DNA from: an uncultured bacterium
Lineage (GTDB): Bacteria; Hydrogenedentota; Hydrogenedentia; Hydrogenedentales; JAEUWI01
NCBI GenBank assembly: GCA_963977445.1
Contig: CAXBPH010000028.1
Coordinates: 1-39,447, forward strand
DNA length: 39,447 nucleotides
Direction of reading: 5' to 3'
In this document: positions 1 through 11,030 of the stretch, piece after piece
Numbering within the stretch: position 1 is the stretch's first letter
How the letters are laid out: each line of letters starts with the position of its first letter
Notes under the pieces: generated by a model
The model's input: only the letters and a program-made list of their open reading frames with translations
What the model was told of the DNA's origin: nothing
Databases searched by the model: none
Program-made: the position numbers and the translations under genes

Positions 1-1317
1 ATGGGCATTGTAGCGGGCACCGCTGCCGTTGGCCCGGGCATGCTGGCGTTCCCGTGCGGCGAGGACCTGCTCCCGTACTTCCAAGGTCGAGGGCCCACTG
101 CTCCGGGTATCGGTCAGCTCGTCGAAACTGAGGGCCGGCACGTCCACGTGAATATCGATGCGATCGAGCAAGGGCCCCGAAAGGCGGCCCATATAGCGCT
201 GCACATCGCCCGTGCTGCACCGACACCCCCGCCGTGGGTCGGTGCGACAGCCGCACGGACAGGGGTTCATGGCGACGACCAGCATGAAGCGGCTCGGGTA
301 GGTCACGGAATAGTTGGCCCGACGAATGTGCACCTGGCCATCTTCGAGGGGTTGCCGCAAGACTTCCAACGCCGCCCGATTGAACTCGGGCAATTCATCG
401 AGAAACAGGATGCCGTTGTGGGCCAGACTCACTTCGCCCGGGTGGGCCTGTTGACCGCCCCCGGCAATGGAAACGGTGGTGGAGGTATGGTGGGGACTCC
501 GGAAAGGTCGGGTAACAATGAGGGACTCCTTCTTTTGCTCCACGGGGCACACCGAATACACCCGGGTCGTTTCCAGGGATTCGTCGAAGGACATGGGCGG
601 CAATATACCGGGCAGGCGGGACGCCAACATGGTCTTGCCCGTTCCTGGTGGTCCTACCATCAAAATATTATGTGCTCCCGCTGCGGCCACCATGAGGGCA
701 CGCTTCACGTGGCCCTGACCCTTCACTTCGTCAAAATCGGGAACCCGGAGATGGGCATTCTGAAAAAGCTCGTCCACTTCCGTCTGGTGTGGGGGGATAA
801 TTTCATCGCCCGCGACAAAGGTGGCTGCCTGCTCCAGGGATTTCACCGGAATCACATCGCAGCCCTGCACCACACCGGCCTCGTCCGCATTCATCGCAGG
901 CACCACGATGCCCTGGAGCCCCTGATTGCGGGCGTTGATGGCCATAGCGAGAGAGCCCGCCACGGGGCGGAGAGACCCATCGAGTGCGAGCTCACCCACA
1001 AAAGCATAGCGCGTAAAAGCGGGCCCGTCGAGCTGTCCGCTCGCGGCGAGGAGTCCCAGGGCAATGGGCAGATCGAGGGCGCTGCCTTCTTTGCGGATAT
1101 CGGCGGGGGCCAGGTTAATCACGTTGTAGCCCCGGGGAAATCGAAACCCGGAATTGCGCAAGGCACTACGGACCCGGTCTTCACTTTCTTTCACCGCCGC
1201 GTCGGGCAAGCCAACCATGGTAATTTTATTGAGGGCACCACTGGAGTTGTCGACTTCAATAGCCACCGTGAAGGCGTCTATGCCAAGTACTGCCGCTGAT
1301 TGTACCCGCGCTAACAT
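1..1317 (-). CDS. comM: YifB/ComM family Mg-chelatase-like AAA+ ATPase (3' end runs off the window)
   Basis: Not in the ORF track. Manual minus-strand translation from ATG 1317 gives [69 protein letters not shown], the typical YifB/ComM N-terminus. The same frame reads [20 protein letters not shown] at the window edge. Confidence 0.93.
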   Translation of the reverse strand, partial: MLARVQSAAVLGIDAFTVAIEVDNSSGALNKITMVGLPDAAVKESEDRVRSALRNSGFRFPRGYNVINLAPADIRKEGSALDLPIALGLLAASGQLDGPAFTRYAFVGELALDGSLRPVAGSLAMAINARNQGLQGIVVPAMNADEAGVVQGCDVIPVKSLEQAATFVAGDEIIPPHQTEVDELFQNAHLRVPDFDEVKGQGHVKRALMVAAAGAHNILMVGPPGTGKTMLASRLPGILPPMSFDESLETTRVYSVCPVEQKKESLIVTRPFRSPHHTSTTVSIAGGGQQAHPGEVSLAHNGILFLDELPEFNRAALEVLRQPLEDGQVHIRRANYSVTYPSRFMLVVAMNPCPCGCRTDPRRGCRCSTGDVQRYMGRLSGPLLDRIDIHVDVPALSFDELTDTRSSGPSTLEVREQVLAARERQHARANGSGARYNAH

Positions 1318-1552
1318 GGTGAAAAAGGCCCCGCGTTACGATGGAGATCGGTCCCAGATTGCTGAGGGGCTATTGTGGAGAATGGAGGCGCGGGGTGTCA
1401 AGGAGGGTGCAACGCATTTAGATGCCGCCTCCACAATGTCCTCTCACCCACAAGCTTGCCGGGAACCGGCCGCGCGTGTAGGTGGCACCCATGAAATCAC
1501 TCAGGATGGCATTGGTATTTTCCATCAACCGCCCCATCCCCTGAAATTCCGC

Positions 1553-2896
1553 TCAAAATTTCGCCGTGCCCGCGCGCCACGTGGCAAAAAGTACCTGGAG
1601 TTCCGCCAACGTCTCCGGCGCTTCTTCCGCCAAGTCGGTAGACTCGCCCACATCACTGGCGAGATCATAGAGATGCCATTGCTTGTCCTTCTTATCGAAG
1701 ACAAGCTTGTCATCGCCCCGTCGTAGGGCCTTGTATTGCTGATATTCAAAGGCCAGGTAATCGTGGGGCGTATTGGCCTCTCCCTTCAATGCAGGCAGGG
1801 GATTCTTTCCGTCCAATAGCCGGTCGTCGGGGGCGGGCACACCCGCCACCTCCAGGCACATGGCCAACAAATCGGGACTCCACAGCATGGCATCCGAGAC
1901 CGACTCCGCAGGGATTTTTCCAGGCCAGCGGACCGTTGCGGCCACGCGAATGCCGCCTTCCCATAGCGTCACGCCCCCATCACGGAGCGGTTTATTGTTC
2001 GACACTTCCAAGCCCCGGTCCTTCAGCATGAAGGCCCCGTTGTCGGAATAAAAAACCACAATGGTATTGTCCCGGATACCCGCGTCGTCGATTTGCTTCA
2101 ACACGCGGCCGATGGCCGCGTCCAGCGCGGTGACCACGGCATAGTAGCGCCGCTTGGGGTCAGGCTCATCGGGGGACCAGCCATAGGCTTCAAAGGCCCA
2201 GTCCGGTGCCTGCCAGCTATTGGGCATACCGGGGGCCTTGTTCCGCGCCGAGGGGAAGTGGGGCGCATTGAAGGGCAGGTAGAGAAAGAAGGGTTTGGCG
2301 GCATTCTCGCGAATAAAATCACTGGCGGCGTCCGCGAATAGGTCCGTACTGTAGCCTTCCACGTGGGTCTCTTCCGTGCCGCGAAAGAGGTCGTGCTTGC
2401 CCGCATAGACGTGGGTGTAATAATCCATGTTGCCCGAAGCATGGCCAAAAAACTGGTCGAAGCCTCGCTCCGTCGGTCGGCTCCCCTCGGCGAAGCCGAT
2501 ATTCCACTTACCAAAACACCCGGTGGTATAGCCCGCCGCCTTGAGGTATTGGGGGATAAGTTTTTCCCGATGGGACAGGCCAACGCCGTAGTTGCCTTCG
2601 ATGCCGCCGAGTTGCTCCGTGAGGCCGTGGCGCTGAGGCACCCGCCCCGTGAGCAAGCACGCCCGGGAGACGGTGCAGGTGGGCGAGGCCGTATAGAAGT
2701 CCGTGCAGCGAACCCCTTCCGAGGCCAGCCGGTCGATGTTGGGTGTCTGGATGGCGTCGTTGCCATAGCAGCCGAGATCGCTGTAGCCAATATTGTCGCC
2801 GGTGATGATGACGATGTTCGGCGGCGCGGCATGGGTAACGGCAGAGGCGACTAGCGTGGCAACACGTAATAGATGGAGGCAGATTGACAATTTCAT
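1553..2896 (-). CDS. Secreted arylsulfatase A-like sulfatase
   Basis: Signal peptide, then PNIVIITGDNIGYSDLG, TPNIDRLA, CTVSRACLLTGR, GKWN, SDNG, EGGIRV, LYDLASDVGE. Confidence 0.92.
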   Translation of the reverse strand: MKLSICLHLLRVATLVASAVTHAAPPNIVIITGDNIGYSDLGCYGNDAIQTPNIDRLASEGVRCTDFYTASPTCTVSRACLLTGRVPQRHGLTEQLGGIEGNYGVGLSHREKLIPQYLKAAGYTTGCFGKWNIGFAEGSRPTERGFDQFFGHASGNMDYYTHVYAGKHDLFRGTEETHVEGYSTDLFADAASDFIRENAAKPFFLYLPFNAPHFPSARNKAPGMPNSWQAPDWAFEAYGWSPDEPDPKRRYYAVVTALDAAIGRVLKQIDDAGIRDNTIVVFYSDNGAFMLKDRGLEVSNNKPLRDGGVTLWEGGIRVAATVRWPGKIPAESVSDAMLWSPDLLAMCLEVAGVPAPDDRLLDGKNPLPALKGEANTPHDYLAFEYQQYKALRRGDDKLVFDKKDKQWHLYDLASDVGESTDLAEEAPETLAELQVLFATWRAGTAKF

Positions 2897-2932
2897 AACA
2901 TCTCCGTCGGGTCTCGCTCGTGTCTCGTCGTG

Positions 2933-3751
2933 CTACGGCTCGCAGGCGCTATTGGTAGCCGCAGAAATCGCTTCATTGACGATGCGGAAGTGCTGCCCGG
3001 AAAGGTACAGGTAGCTTTGCTGTACCTCCCCTTCAAAGACCAGGTCGTTCCACGAGCCCGTGCCGCCGAATACCCACGCCTTCTGGCAGGCGGCCAGCAT
3101 CGTGCCCGCCTCCGCCGACAGGAGGCCACGGGGCGCAAGATCCGTGTGATAAACTGCGGCCTTTTTGCCATCAGAATCCAACGTGTCGAGCGCGTCCCCG
3201 AGTACGTGGGCGAAATCTCCACATTGGTGTTTGCTGGCAAAGGCGGCCATATCCTGGATGGACTTGGTGAGTCGACTCCGTGCGCTGTCCAGTGGCGGCG
3301 TGCGCATGCACAAGGTGTTGCCGGTGGAGGTCCTGCCATAAAGCACCCGCCAGATCCGTTGATCCGGGGCATCCCTTTTCCAGACATTCCACCGTGCGGC
3401 CCAGTATTCACTTCGACTGCCCGGTAACCGGGCCTCTATGGTCCACGTGCCACCGCCATCGAAACCGTCGGACATTCGGCTTGTGGTATCGGGCCCACTG
3501 CGCGCGGCAAGGGACAGACGCAATTCTTTCGCGCCCGAAGCGGCAAGTTGGGCGAACCAGACGTTGGGGTTCTTGGCTACCACGTGCTCCCGGATCCCGC
3601 CGAAGAACATTTTGTTGACCGTTGCGAAACTCACTCGGTCGCAAAAGGCGAACGTGGAATTGTCCGGATAGAAGCTGCCCACGTCATGGCTGCGCAGATA
3701 TGCGTTGCCGTGGCACGTAAGCGCAACGATTTGTGCCATCGGTCCGTTCAT
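2933..3751 (-). CDS. Hypothetical protein (272 aa)
   Basis: Long ORF with globular composition, co-oriented with its neighbours. Contains WVFGGTGSWND. No family recognised. Confidence 0.7.
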   Translation of the reverse strand: MNGPMAQIVALTCHGNAYLRSHDVGSFYPDNSTFAFCDRVSFATVNKMFFGGIREHVVAKNPNVWFAQLAASGAKELRLSLAARSGPDTTSRMSDGFDGGGTWTIEARLPGSRSEYWAARWNVWKRDAPDQRIWRVLYGRTSTGNTLCMRTPPLDSARSRLTKSIQDMAAFASKHQCGDFAHVLGDALDTLDSDGKKAAVYHTDLAPRGLLSAEAGTMLAACQKAWVFGGTGSWNDLVFEGEVQQSYLYLSGQHFRIVNEAISAATNSACEP

Positions 3752-3896
3752 TCTTTATCCACCTGTCATTCTTTTCGAGCCAGCCACGGAAGTCTGCTTT
3801 ACAAGGACTTCCAATAGTCCAAGACCGGCTTAGGACACAGTATAGCACTTGCGGCGGAGAGACTTGATAAAAAGGGCACGTTGCGGTCTTGGAAAG

Positions 3897-3932
3897 AATA
3901 AAAACCCCGCGCAACCAAAGGCGGCACGGGGC
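3897..3932 (-). terminator. Probable intrinsic terminator after ettA
   Basis: Minus strand CCCCGTGC...GCGCGGGG stem followed by TTTTTATT. Confidence 0.55.
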
Positions 3933-3966
3933 ATAAAGATATACGCTTATACAATAAAACAACGTG

Positions 3967-5643
3967 CTACTGGCGAAACTTCCGGTACCGGGCACGGCGA
4001 TTTTCGAAAAGTTTGCTCCCCACGTTTTCCACACGCCAAGCTTCGTATTCCTGGTAGTTCCCTTCAAACCAGCGTACCTGACCTTCGCCTTCAAAGACGA
4101 GGAGGTGGGTGCACACCCGGTCGAGGAAGAAACGGTCGTGGCTGATGACCATGGCGCAGCCGGTGAAGTTGAGCAGGGCTTCTTCCAACAAGCGCAGGGT
4201 GTTCACGTCCAGGTCATTGGTGGGTTCGTCGAGCATGAGCAAGTTGCCACCCTCTTTGAGGAGCTTGGCGAGGTTGCAGCGGTTGCGCTCACCACCCGAA
4301 AGCTGATTGGCCATCTTCTGCTGGTCGGAGCCCTTGAAGCCAAAGCGGGACAGGTACTGGCGCACGGGAACTTCCTGCTTGCCTACTTTCACAAAGTCCG
4401 CGCCACCGGCCACTTCATCGATGAGGCTTACGTCGCCTGCGATGGAGCTGCGCTCCTGGTCGACATAGGAAGGCACCACGGAAGAACCCACGACGATTTC
4501 ACCGCCGTCGGCCGCTTGCTCGCCGAGGATCATGCGGAATAGGGTCGTCTTACCGGTACCGTTGGGTCCCACGAGGCCGACAATGGCGGAACGGGGAATG
4601 ATGAAGTTCAAATCTTTATAGAGGAGGTCTTCGCCGAAGCTCTTGGACACATTCTTAAATTCGACGACCTGCTCACCCAACTCGGGGCCGGGGGCAATCT
4701 GAATCGACGCGCTGTCGGCATTTTGCGCAGCGGCCTCTTTGGCAATGAGCTGCTCATACTCGGCAAGACGGGTGCGGGACATTTCCTGCCGGTCCGTGTT
4801 GCTCATCTTGATCCATTTGAGTTCCCGCTCCAGGGCCTGGGCGCGGACGGAATTTTTCTTTTCCTGACCGGCCATCTTTTGCAGCTTTTGGGCGAGCCAG
4901 CCGGAGTAGTTCCCCTCCCACGGCACACCCTGGCCGTGGTCGAGTTCCAGGATCCACTTGGTCACATTGTCGAGGAAATACCGGTCGTGGGTCACGATGA
5001 TGACCGTGCCGGGATAATCGCGGAGCTGAATTTCCAGCCAATCGACGGTTTCCGCGTCGAGATGGTTGGTAGGTTCGTCGAGAAGGAGCAGGTCGGGCTT
5101 TTCGAGCAGGGCTTTACAGAGGGCCACGCGCCGCTTTTCACCACCACTCAAGACGCCGATTTTCCGGTCGTCTTCGGGCAGGCAGAGGGCTTCACCGGCC
5201 TGATTCAAGACCTGCTCGAGGCTCCAGGCATCGGCGGCGTCGAGCTTGTCCTGCAAGGTGCCCATCTTGGCGAGGAGGGCTTCCATCTCGTCGTCTTCCA
5301 TGGGCTCGGCCATCTTCATGCCGATGTCTTCGAATTCCTTGAGCATACCCATGGTTTCCGCGAAGGCCCCTTCGAGGGCCTGGCGCACCGTATCTTCGGG
5401 ATTCAGGATGGGCTCCTGCAAAACGATGCCCCGATCAAAACCTTTGGTTAAATCGGCCTGACCATGAAAGTCGTCGTCCATACCGGCCATAATCTTCAGT
5501 ACCGTCGACTTACCCGAGCCGTTTTCCCCGACGATGCCGATCTTGGCACCGGGGTAAAAGCACAGATTGATGTCCTTAAGGACCTGCTTCTGGCCAAAGT
5601 ACTTGTTTAAGCCATACATGGTGAAGATAAACTGCTCTGCCAT
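3967..5643 (-). CDS. ettA: Energy-dependent translational throttle protein EttA (ABC-F)
   Basis: FIFTM..YPGAKIGIVGENGSGKST, LSGGEKRRVALC, LLLDEPTNHLDAE, second cassette GPNGTGKTT / LSGGERNR. 558 aa with no TM segments. Confidence 0.92.
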   Translation of the reverse strand: MAEQFIFTMYGLNKYFGQKQVLKDINLCFYPGAKIGIVGENGSGKSTVLKIMAGMDDDFHGQADLTKGFDRGIVLQEPILNPEDTVRQALEGAFAETMGMLKEFEDIGMKMAEPMEDDEMEALLAKMGTLQDKLDAADAWSLEQVLNQAGEALCLPEDDRKIGVLSGGEKRRVALCKALLEKPDLLLLDEPTNHLDAETVDWLEIQLRDYPGTVIIVTHDRYFLDNVTKWILELDHGQGVPWEGNYSGWLAQKLQKMAGQEKKNSVRAQALERELKWIKMSNTDRQEMSRTRLAEYEQLIAKEAAAQNADSASIQIAPGPELGEQVVEFKNVSKSFGEDLLYKDLNFIIPRSAIVGLVGPNGTGKTTLFRMILGEQAADGGEIVVGSSVVPSYVDQERSSIAGDVSLIDEVAGGADFVKVGKQEVPVRQYLSRFGFKGSDQQKMANQLSGGERNRCNLAKLLKEGGNLLMLDEPTNDLDVNTLRLLEEALLNFTGCAMVISHDRFFLDRVCTHLLVFEGEGQVRWFEGNYQEYEAWRVENVGSKLFENRRARYRKFRQ

Positions 5644-5699
5644 TGTGCCTCGCTGGAAGGGTGGGGAAAGGGAGTAAAAAGGGGACCAAATCGCCCGTC

Positions 5700-5729
5700 A
5701 TTGTAATATGGGGTGCGTGAGGCAGTCAA
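5700..5729 (-). promoter_or_regulatory. Candidate sigma-70 promoter for ettA
   Basis: Minus strand TTGACT-18 nt-TACAAT, about 55 nt upstream of the start codon. Confidence 0.5.
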
Positions 5730-5903
5730 AAAGACCACCCCGAATGGTCTGAATTTCAGCGCAGACGTGCTTCTCTCGGGCGCATCTGAGAGCCGGCCAA
5801 CGAAACAGCAGTGACCGATTTTCAGGCCCGTCGCACGAGGGAAGACCGTGCACTCGTCACCGCGACAGGGTACTATAAGGAAAATTAAATCAGGAGCTTA
5901 CAC

Positions 5904-6434
5904 ATGAATGTATTGGGTGAAGGCCGCTTTGTACGGCTCATTGAACGAGACACCTACGAATTTGTTGAACGAATAGGGTGCACGGGCATCATTTCGGTCG
6001 TCGCACTGACTGCAGAAAATGAAATGATTTTTGTGGAGCAGTATCGCCACCCCGTCGACGGGCGGACGATCGAGCTCGTGGCTGGACTGGTGGGCGACCA
6101 TGGCGAAGAAAGCCTGGAGACCGCTGTCCGCCGAGAATTACTGGAGGAAGCGGGCTATGAGGCACAAGACCTCCAGTTTCTGTTGGAGTGCCCGAGTGCG
6201 GGTGGCATCACGGCGGCCCGGGTCAACTATTTCCTCGCCCGGGATGTGGTCCGCGTAAACGATGGCGGCGGCGTGGACGACGAAGACATTGTGGTCCATG
6301 TAGTCCCGGTCCATTTGGTCCACGACTGGCTTCAGGAGAAAAACGGAGAGGGCCTCCTCATCGACCCCAAAGTGTTTCTGGGTCTCAGCGTCGCACTGCA
6401 CGGCTGGAATGCGACCGTAACACCGACCCCATGA
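5904..6434 (+). CDS. NUDIX hydrolase (ADP-ribose pyrophosphatase-like)
   Basis: EQYRHPV..IELVAGLVG..EESLETAVRRELLEEAGY Nudix box. AGGAG RBS upstream. Confidence 0.9.
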   Translation: MNVLGEGRFVRLIERDTYEFVERIGCTGIISVVALTAENEMIFVEQYRHPVDGRTIELVAGLVGDHGEESLETAVRRELLEEAGYEAQDLQFLLECPSAGGITAARVNYFLARDVVRVNDGGGVDDEDIVVHVVPVHLVHDWLQEKNGEGLLIDPKVFLGLSVALHGWNATVTPTP

Positions 6435-7078
6435 CGAACAATGGTCGCACAATCAAACGGAATTTCGGGCAGGTAAGCCCGCTGGTGCAGTGGCTATCGC
6501 GCCAGTTGCTCCGCAGAATGGGCTGGCGTATCGCGGGCACCTTCCCCGAAGACGACAAACTCGTCGCCATCTTCGCGCCCCACACCTCCAACTGGGATTT
6601 TGTGGTCATTTACCTGATGGTGAATGCCTTGGGCATCCGGGGCAACTTCTTCGCAAAGCATACCCTGTGCCGGCCGCCCCTGGGCTGGTTCATGCGAGCG
6701 GTAGGCGCCATACCCGTGGTGCGACGTCGGACCGAAAACCTGGTGGACAGCGCGGTATCGGCACTGGCCCATCACGAACGCTTCTATCTCGGCCTGGCAC
6801 CGGAGGGCACGCGGCGATACACAGACCATTGGCGGACAGGCTTCTACCACATTGCAGAACGGGCGGACGCGCGGATCCTGCTGCTCTTCGCCGATTATGA
6901 AAAGAAAGAAACCGGCCTGGGCCCCATCATCACTCCTTCAGGTGATATGGCGGCCGATTTTGAAATGATTAGCGCTTTCTACGCGGACAAAGTTCCCCGT
7001 CGTCCGGAAAACCGCAGCGACGCGGTGTTGGGTGCGCCCCGCACCAAAAGCGGTAACGACGAGGAAGGGACCGATTGA
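6431..7078 (+). CDS. 1-acyl-sn-glycerol-3-phosphate acyltransferase family protein
   Basis: APHTSNWD, GAIPVVR, APEGTR motifs. True start is probably ATG 6431, overlapping the NUDIX stop (ATGA), rather than 6188. Confidence 0.88.
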   Translation: MTNNGRTIKRNFGQVSPLVQWLSRQLLRRMGWRIAGTFPEDDKLVAIFAPHTSNWDFVVIYLMVNALGIRGNFFAKHTLCRPPLGWFMRAVGAIPVVRRRTENLVDSAVSALAHHERFYLGLAPEGTRRYTDHWRTGFYHIAERADARILLLFADYEKKETGLGPIITPSGDMAADFEMISAFYADKVPRRPENRSDAVLGAPRTKSGNDEEGTD

Positions 7079-7111
7079 TACCGGCCCCATCCTCCGGCCG
7101 TCGAGGGCAAA

Positions 7112-8065
7112 CTACGATACTTTGACGAGATAGGTTGTCACCCGGAGCGCTTGCGATGTTTCCTGCGCAGGGTCGGTACACCGAACCATCAATTCATGGT
7201 CGCCCGCCGTGTCGAAGCTCCCCGACCACGTGGCACCACCATCCACCGCGTTGCCGTCAACCGTCCAGGCATACTTCCCGTAACCGGCGGGGGCGGTGAA
7301 ACGGGTCGTACTGCCTGCGCTGGCTTCCGCCAGAACCCGTGGTTCCTTGACCACCACAACGGTGCCCAGACCGAGGGCAACGACCCGTTCCGCTTCTTTT
7401 TCGAGGTACGCAATGTCGTAGATACCCACCGGGTCAACGGTGTAGGAAAACTTGCCGTCCGCTGTCGGAACCTCGACGCCATTCACCATCCAGACGGCAC
7501 GCCGTCCTTCGGCGACAGCGATGTGCTGTTCGATTTTTTGGCCCAGATAGTAGGTGCCCGTAAAATCAAGGTCGATGCGCTCCCTCCCCAGCGGTTGGCT
7601 GATACCCAACTGGGCTTTTATCTCCTCCACCGAAACGCCCTGACGTTGGGCACGAGCTTCCAGGCCACTGTCGGCGATGGCGGTAAGTGATTCTACCGCT
7701 ACCCGCCCCTCACCATGGACTGTCTTGATGACCAGGTCATAGTTTCCCTGCTCCAGCATCTCGGTAGGAACGATAGAGATTTGTCCGTCGCTCTTGGTGA
7801 CCGAAATCATATGATCATAGTCGTAGTCCGCCACATAGAGCTTTACCGATTTCACATCACTTGCCGCGACGGGCATGCCGTTGTGGGTAACCGCAATTTT
7901 CACCCGAGTTGTGATGGTGGTGAAATTTACGTGCGCCGGGTTGACCTCTACGGCGCGTACGGGCACGGTGAAGAGCACCAAAAGCAGCGTAGCCAGGGCG
8001 ACTGACGCCCAAGGGCGAAACAATGCCGTGGTTAATGATGAGCGTGATTCGGTGTGTTGATGCAT
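7112..8065 (-). CDS. Secreted hypothetical protein with beta-rich, possibly Ig/PKD-like domains
   Basis: Signal peptide ending VRA-VE. Similar segments AVWMVNG and YAWTVDG. Start 8065 preferred because GGGGA lies upstream; the ORF extends to 8092. Confidence 0.7.
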   Translation of the reverse strand: MHQHTESRSSLTTALFRPWASVALATLLLVLFTVPVRAVEVNPAHVNFTTITTRVKIAVTHNGMPVAASDVKSVKLYVADYDYDHMISVTKSDGQISIVPTEMLEQGNYDLVIKTVHGEGRVAVESLTAIADSGLEARAQRQGVSVEEIKAQLGISQPLGRERIDLDFTGTYYLGQKIEQHIAVAEGRRAVWMVNGVEVPTADGKFSYTVDPVGIYDIAYLEKEAERVVALGLGTVVVVKEPRVLAEASAGSTTRFTAPAGYGKYAWTVDGNAVDGGATWSGSFDTAGDHELMVRCTDPAQETSQALRVTTYLVKVS

Positions 8066-8246
8066 ATGTGTTTCCCCGATGGGGCCTTTCAATGGGTTGA
8101 TAACCTACTTATCTCACAAGGTCAGGGAAAGGTTCCACCAAGCACGAGAAATCTTTCTAGTCCTGTTGACGCCCCCCTCGGTTGGGCGATAGACTGGTAA
8201 AACCGCCGTCGGCGGGTTGACATGAATCCAACAGGAGCGCAATACC

Positions 8247-9620
8247 ATGAAAAAGCCCCTTCCTACTCCCCGCAGCGAAAAACCGGGCCTTTCGCGACGC
8301 AAGTTCCTCGGCACGACCGTTGCCGCATCGGCCGCCGCGACTTTCGGTTTTCCCGCCATTGTCCGCGGACAGAATCTGAATGACAAGCTCAACATTGCAG
8401 TCATCGGTTCCGGTGGTCGTGGTGGTGCCAACCTCAACGGCGTTCAGTCGGAAAATATCGTTGCCTTGTGCGACGTCAGCCAGGACAATCTCGACGGCGC
8501 TGCGGAAAAGCATCCCAAGGCGCGAAAAGAACGGGATTTTCGCAAACTCTACGATCACGCTTCGGAATTCGATGCCGTCGTCGTAAGTACCTGCGAACAT
8601 ACCCACGCCTTCGCGACCTTACCTGCGCTGCAGTTGGGCAAACACGTCTATTGCGAGAAGCCCCTCACCCACAGCATCTACGAATCCCGCATTATCCGGG
8701 AAGCCGCCAACAAGGCGGGGGTAGCCACGCAGATGGGCACCCAGATACATGCCGGCGACAACTACCGTCGTGTGGTTGAGTTGGTCCAGTCCGGGGCCAT
8801 TGGTGCCGTGAGCGATGTGCACGTCTGGGTAGGCCGGGCGTGGGGCTGGCATGAAAATGAGGCCGCTTCCCAGGCCGCGAAAGACATCGTATTCGTCCAG
8901 GATCGCCCAAAGACGGCCGACCCGATTCCTCCGGGCCTCGATTGGGATCTGTGGCTGGGACCGGCGCCAGAGCGGGCCTTCAGCAACCTGTACGTGCCGG
9001 GACCCAAGTGGTATCGCTGGTGGGATTTCGGCAATGGCACCATGTCCGACCTGGGCAGCCATTGGATCGACCTGCCATTCTGGGCCATGGACCTGGATCA
9101 CCCCTTGACCATTGAAGCCAGCGGCCCGCCCGCCAATCTCGAAGTGGCACCGGCATCCATGGAAGCCACCTATACCTATGGTGCCCGTGGCGACCGTGGC
9201 CCCCTTTCTCTCTCCTGGTATCAGGGCACCCACAAGCCGAAACTCTGGCACGAGCAGGCCATTCCCCAGTGGGATAGTGGCGTGCTCTTTGTGGGCGACA
9301 AGGGCATGCTCCTTGCCGACTATGGCAAATATATGCTGCTACCCGAAGAAGAGTTCAAGGGATTTGAAGCCCCTGCCAAAACTATCCCCGATTCTATCGG
9401 CCACCATGCAGAATGGATTCACGCCTGTAAAACGGGTGACCCCACCACGTGTAACTTTGAATATGCAGGGTGGCTCACGGAAGCCAATCACCTGGGCAAT
9501 GTTGCCTATCGCGCCGGGAAGAAACTGGAGTGGGACGCGGCAACCATGACCGTGAAAAACGTCCCCGAAGCGGAACGCTTTATCCGCCGCTCCTATCGTG
9601 AGGGCTGGAACCTGATCTAA
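8247..9620 (+). CDS. Tat-exported Gfo/Idh/MocA family oxidoreductase
   Basis: SRRKFLG twin-arginine motif, [36 protein letters not shown]. Confidence 0.92.
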   Translation: MKKPLPTPRSEKPGLSRRKFLGTTVAASAAATFGFPAIVRGQNLNDKLNIAVIGSGGRGGANLNGVQSENIVALCDVSQDNLDGAAEKHPKARKERDFRKLYDHASEFDAVVVSTCEHTHAFATLPALQLGKHVYCEKPLTHSIYESRIIREAANKAGVATQMGTQIHAGDNYRRVVELVQSGAIGAVSDVHVWVGRAWGWHENEAASQAAKDIVFVQDRPKTADPIPPGLDWDLWLGPAPERAFSNLYVPGPKWYRWWDFGNGTMSDLGSHWIDLPFWAMDLDHPLTIEASGPPANLEVAPASMEATYTYGARGDRGPLSLSWYQGTHKPKLWHEQAIPQWDSGVLFVGDKGMLLADYGKYMLLPEEEFKGFEAPAKTIPDSIGHHAEWIHACKTGDPTTCNFEYAGWLTEANHLGNVAYRAGKKLEWDAATMTVKNVPEAERFIRRSYREGWNLI

Positions 9621-9630
9621 AATCTCTGGG

Positions 9631-9662
9631 GGCACGCAGGACAGCTGTTCTGCGTGCCTTTT
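9631..9662 (+). terminator. Intrinsic terminator between convergent genes
   Basis: GGCACGCAGGACA / TGTTCTGCGTGCC stem followed by TTTT. Confidence 0.7.
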
Positions 9663-11030
9663 CTATGCTCTCCCGCTATCCGACGCCCCATCGGCATTCG
9701 CCGTGTTCTGTGCCTTTTCCCGGTACATAGCGTTGTCGGCATAGGCCAACAACTCTTCTGGATCGGTACCGTTTTCGGGGTAGAGACCTATGCCGAGGGA
9801 TGCGCCCACCGATACAACACCGCGATCGGTTTTTATCGGCTGCTCGATCGCACGCAGCAAGTTTTTTCCGACGGCCAACGCCCCCTCCCGCTCGGTAGTA
9901 TCCGGCAGCAGAATCACAAACTCATCGCCACCGACCCGGGCAACCGTGTCACTGCCTCGGACCGCACCACGCATGCGTTCTGCCACTTCGCACAAAACCA
10001 GATCGCCGCAACGGTGACCATAGGTATCATTTATGGGTTTAAAGCGATCGAGATCTACATATACAATGCAGAATTGGGTGTCATAGCGCTCCGCCATGGC
10101 AATGCGCTGCTCCAGCCGCTCAAAGAGGAGACGCCGATTGGGCAAGCCCGTCAGTGTGTCGTGAACGGCCATATGATGCACTTTCACGCGCTCCCGAAGG
10201 ACGAGATAGACCAATAATGCCATTACACCGGCCGCGAAGAAGTTGAGCACCCGGCGTGTATAGAGCATTCGAGATATGGTCTTATCCAAGCCGCCTTCGG
10301 GCAGGATAGCAATTTCCCAGAGTCCTCCCGGCAACTCAATGGATTGGCGAATCGCATCACGCTCAAAAAGTTGGGCATCTCCATAGACATAGGGCGCGTC
10401 ACCCAACACATCGGAGTCTGTGCGGATTGCCCAGTCCATTCCGTGAGAGGCCTGAGAGTTTTCCACGGTATCGAGGAGAGACGGCACATCAACGACCATG
10501 CTTATGATGCCCCAATAGCGACCATCATAAAGAAAAACCGGAGTATAGGTAATGATGCCATAGCCGCCCTGCACCAGTTTGACGGGCCCCATGACCACGG
10601 GACTTCGTACTTCGATTGCGCGCTGTACACCCCGCTGTTGATCGGGAAAATCCTTGAACTCCAAACCAATGGCCGCTACGTTGCCCTCCAGAGGATAGAC
10701 ATAGGCGATTTTGTTGTTTGGTGCCAGTCCAATATTACGAATATTGTGCCCTTGCTGATACACCGTGGAGAGCAGCCTGGCGACGGTTGCATCGTCCAAA
10801 TCGGGTTCCAGCGAAAGATAGCCCGTCAATCCAATCCCCAGGTAGACGGTGGAGTTCAGTTCCCCCTCGATTCTCGCGCGCACGGTCGACGCCCGGGCCA
10901 TCACCTCACTTCGGGTGGATTCCCGCTCGCGCTCAACTTCAAGTCGCAACACATACTCGCAGAGCAGGTGTATCATTACAAATACGAGTGCACACACCAC
11001 CCGTGGGTGCCTGTAGATTCGTTCAATCAC
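9663..11030 (-). CDS. CHASE-domain membrane diguanylate cyclase
   Basis: Two TM segments flank a CHASE-like region (GPVKLVQGG, YWGIIS). HDTLTGLPNR, DLDRFKPINDTYGH, RxxD I-site (RGSD) and GGDEF all present. Confidence 0.9.
   Translation of the reverse strand: MIERIYRHPRVVCALVFVMIHLLCEYVLRLEVERERESTRSEVMARASTVRARIEGELNSTVYLGIGLTGYLSLEPDLDDATVARLLSTVYQQGHNIRNIGLAPNNKIAYVYPLEGNVAAIGLEFKDFPDQQRGVQRAIEVRSPVVMGPVKLVQGGYGIITYTPVFLYDGRYWGIISMVVDVPSLLDTVENSQASHGMDWAIRTDSDVLGDAPYVYGDAQLFERDAIRQSIELPGGLWEIAILPEGGLDKTISRMLYTRRVLNFFAAGVMALLVYLVLRERVKVHHMAVHDTLTGLPNRRLLFERLEQRIAMAERYDTQFCIVYVDLDRFKPINDTYGHRCGDLVLCEVAERMRGAVRGSDTVARVGGDEFVILLPDTTEREGALAVGKNLLRAIEQPIKTDRGVVSVGASLGIGLYPENGTDPEELLAYADNAMYREKAQNTANADGASDSGRA

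Noticed and set aside
1..1299. 432-aa plus-strand ORF
   Set aside because: Antisense shadow of comM; the minus frame carries the recognisable motifs.
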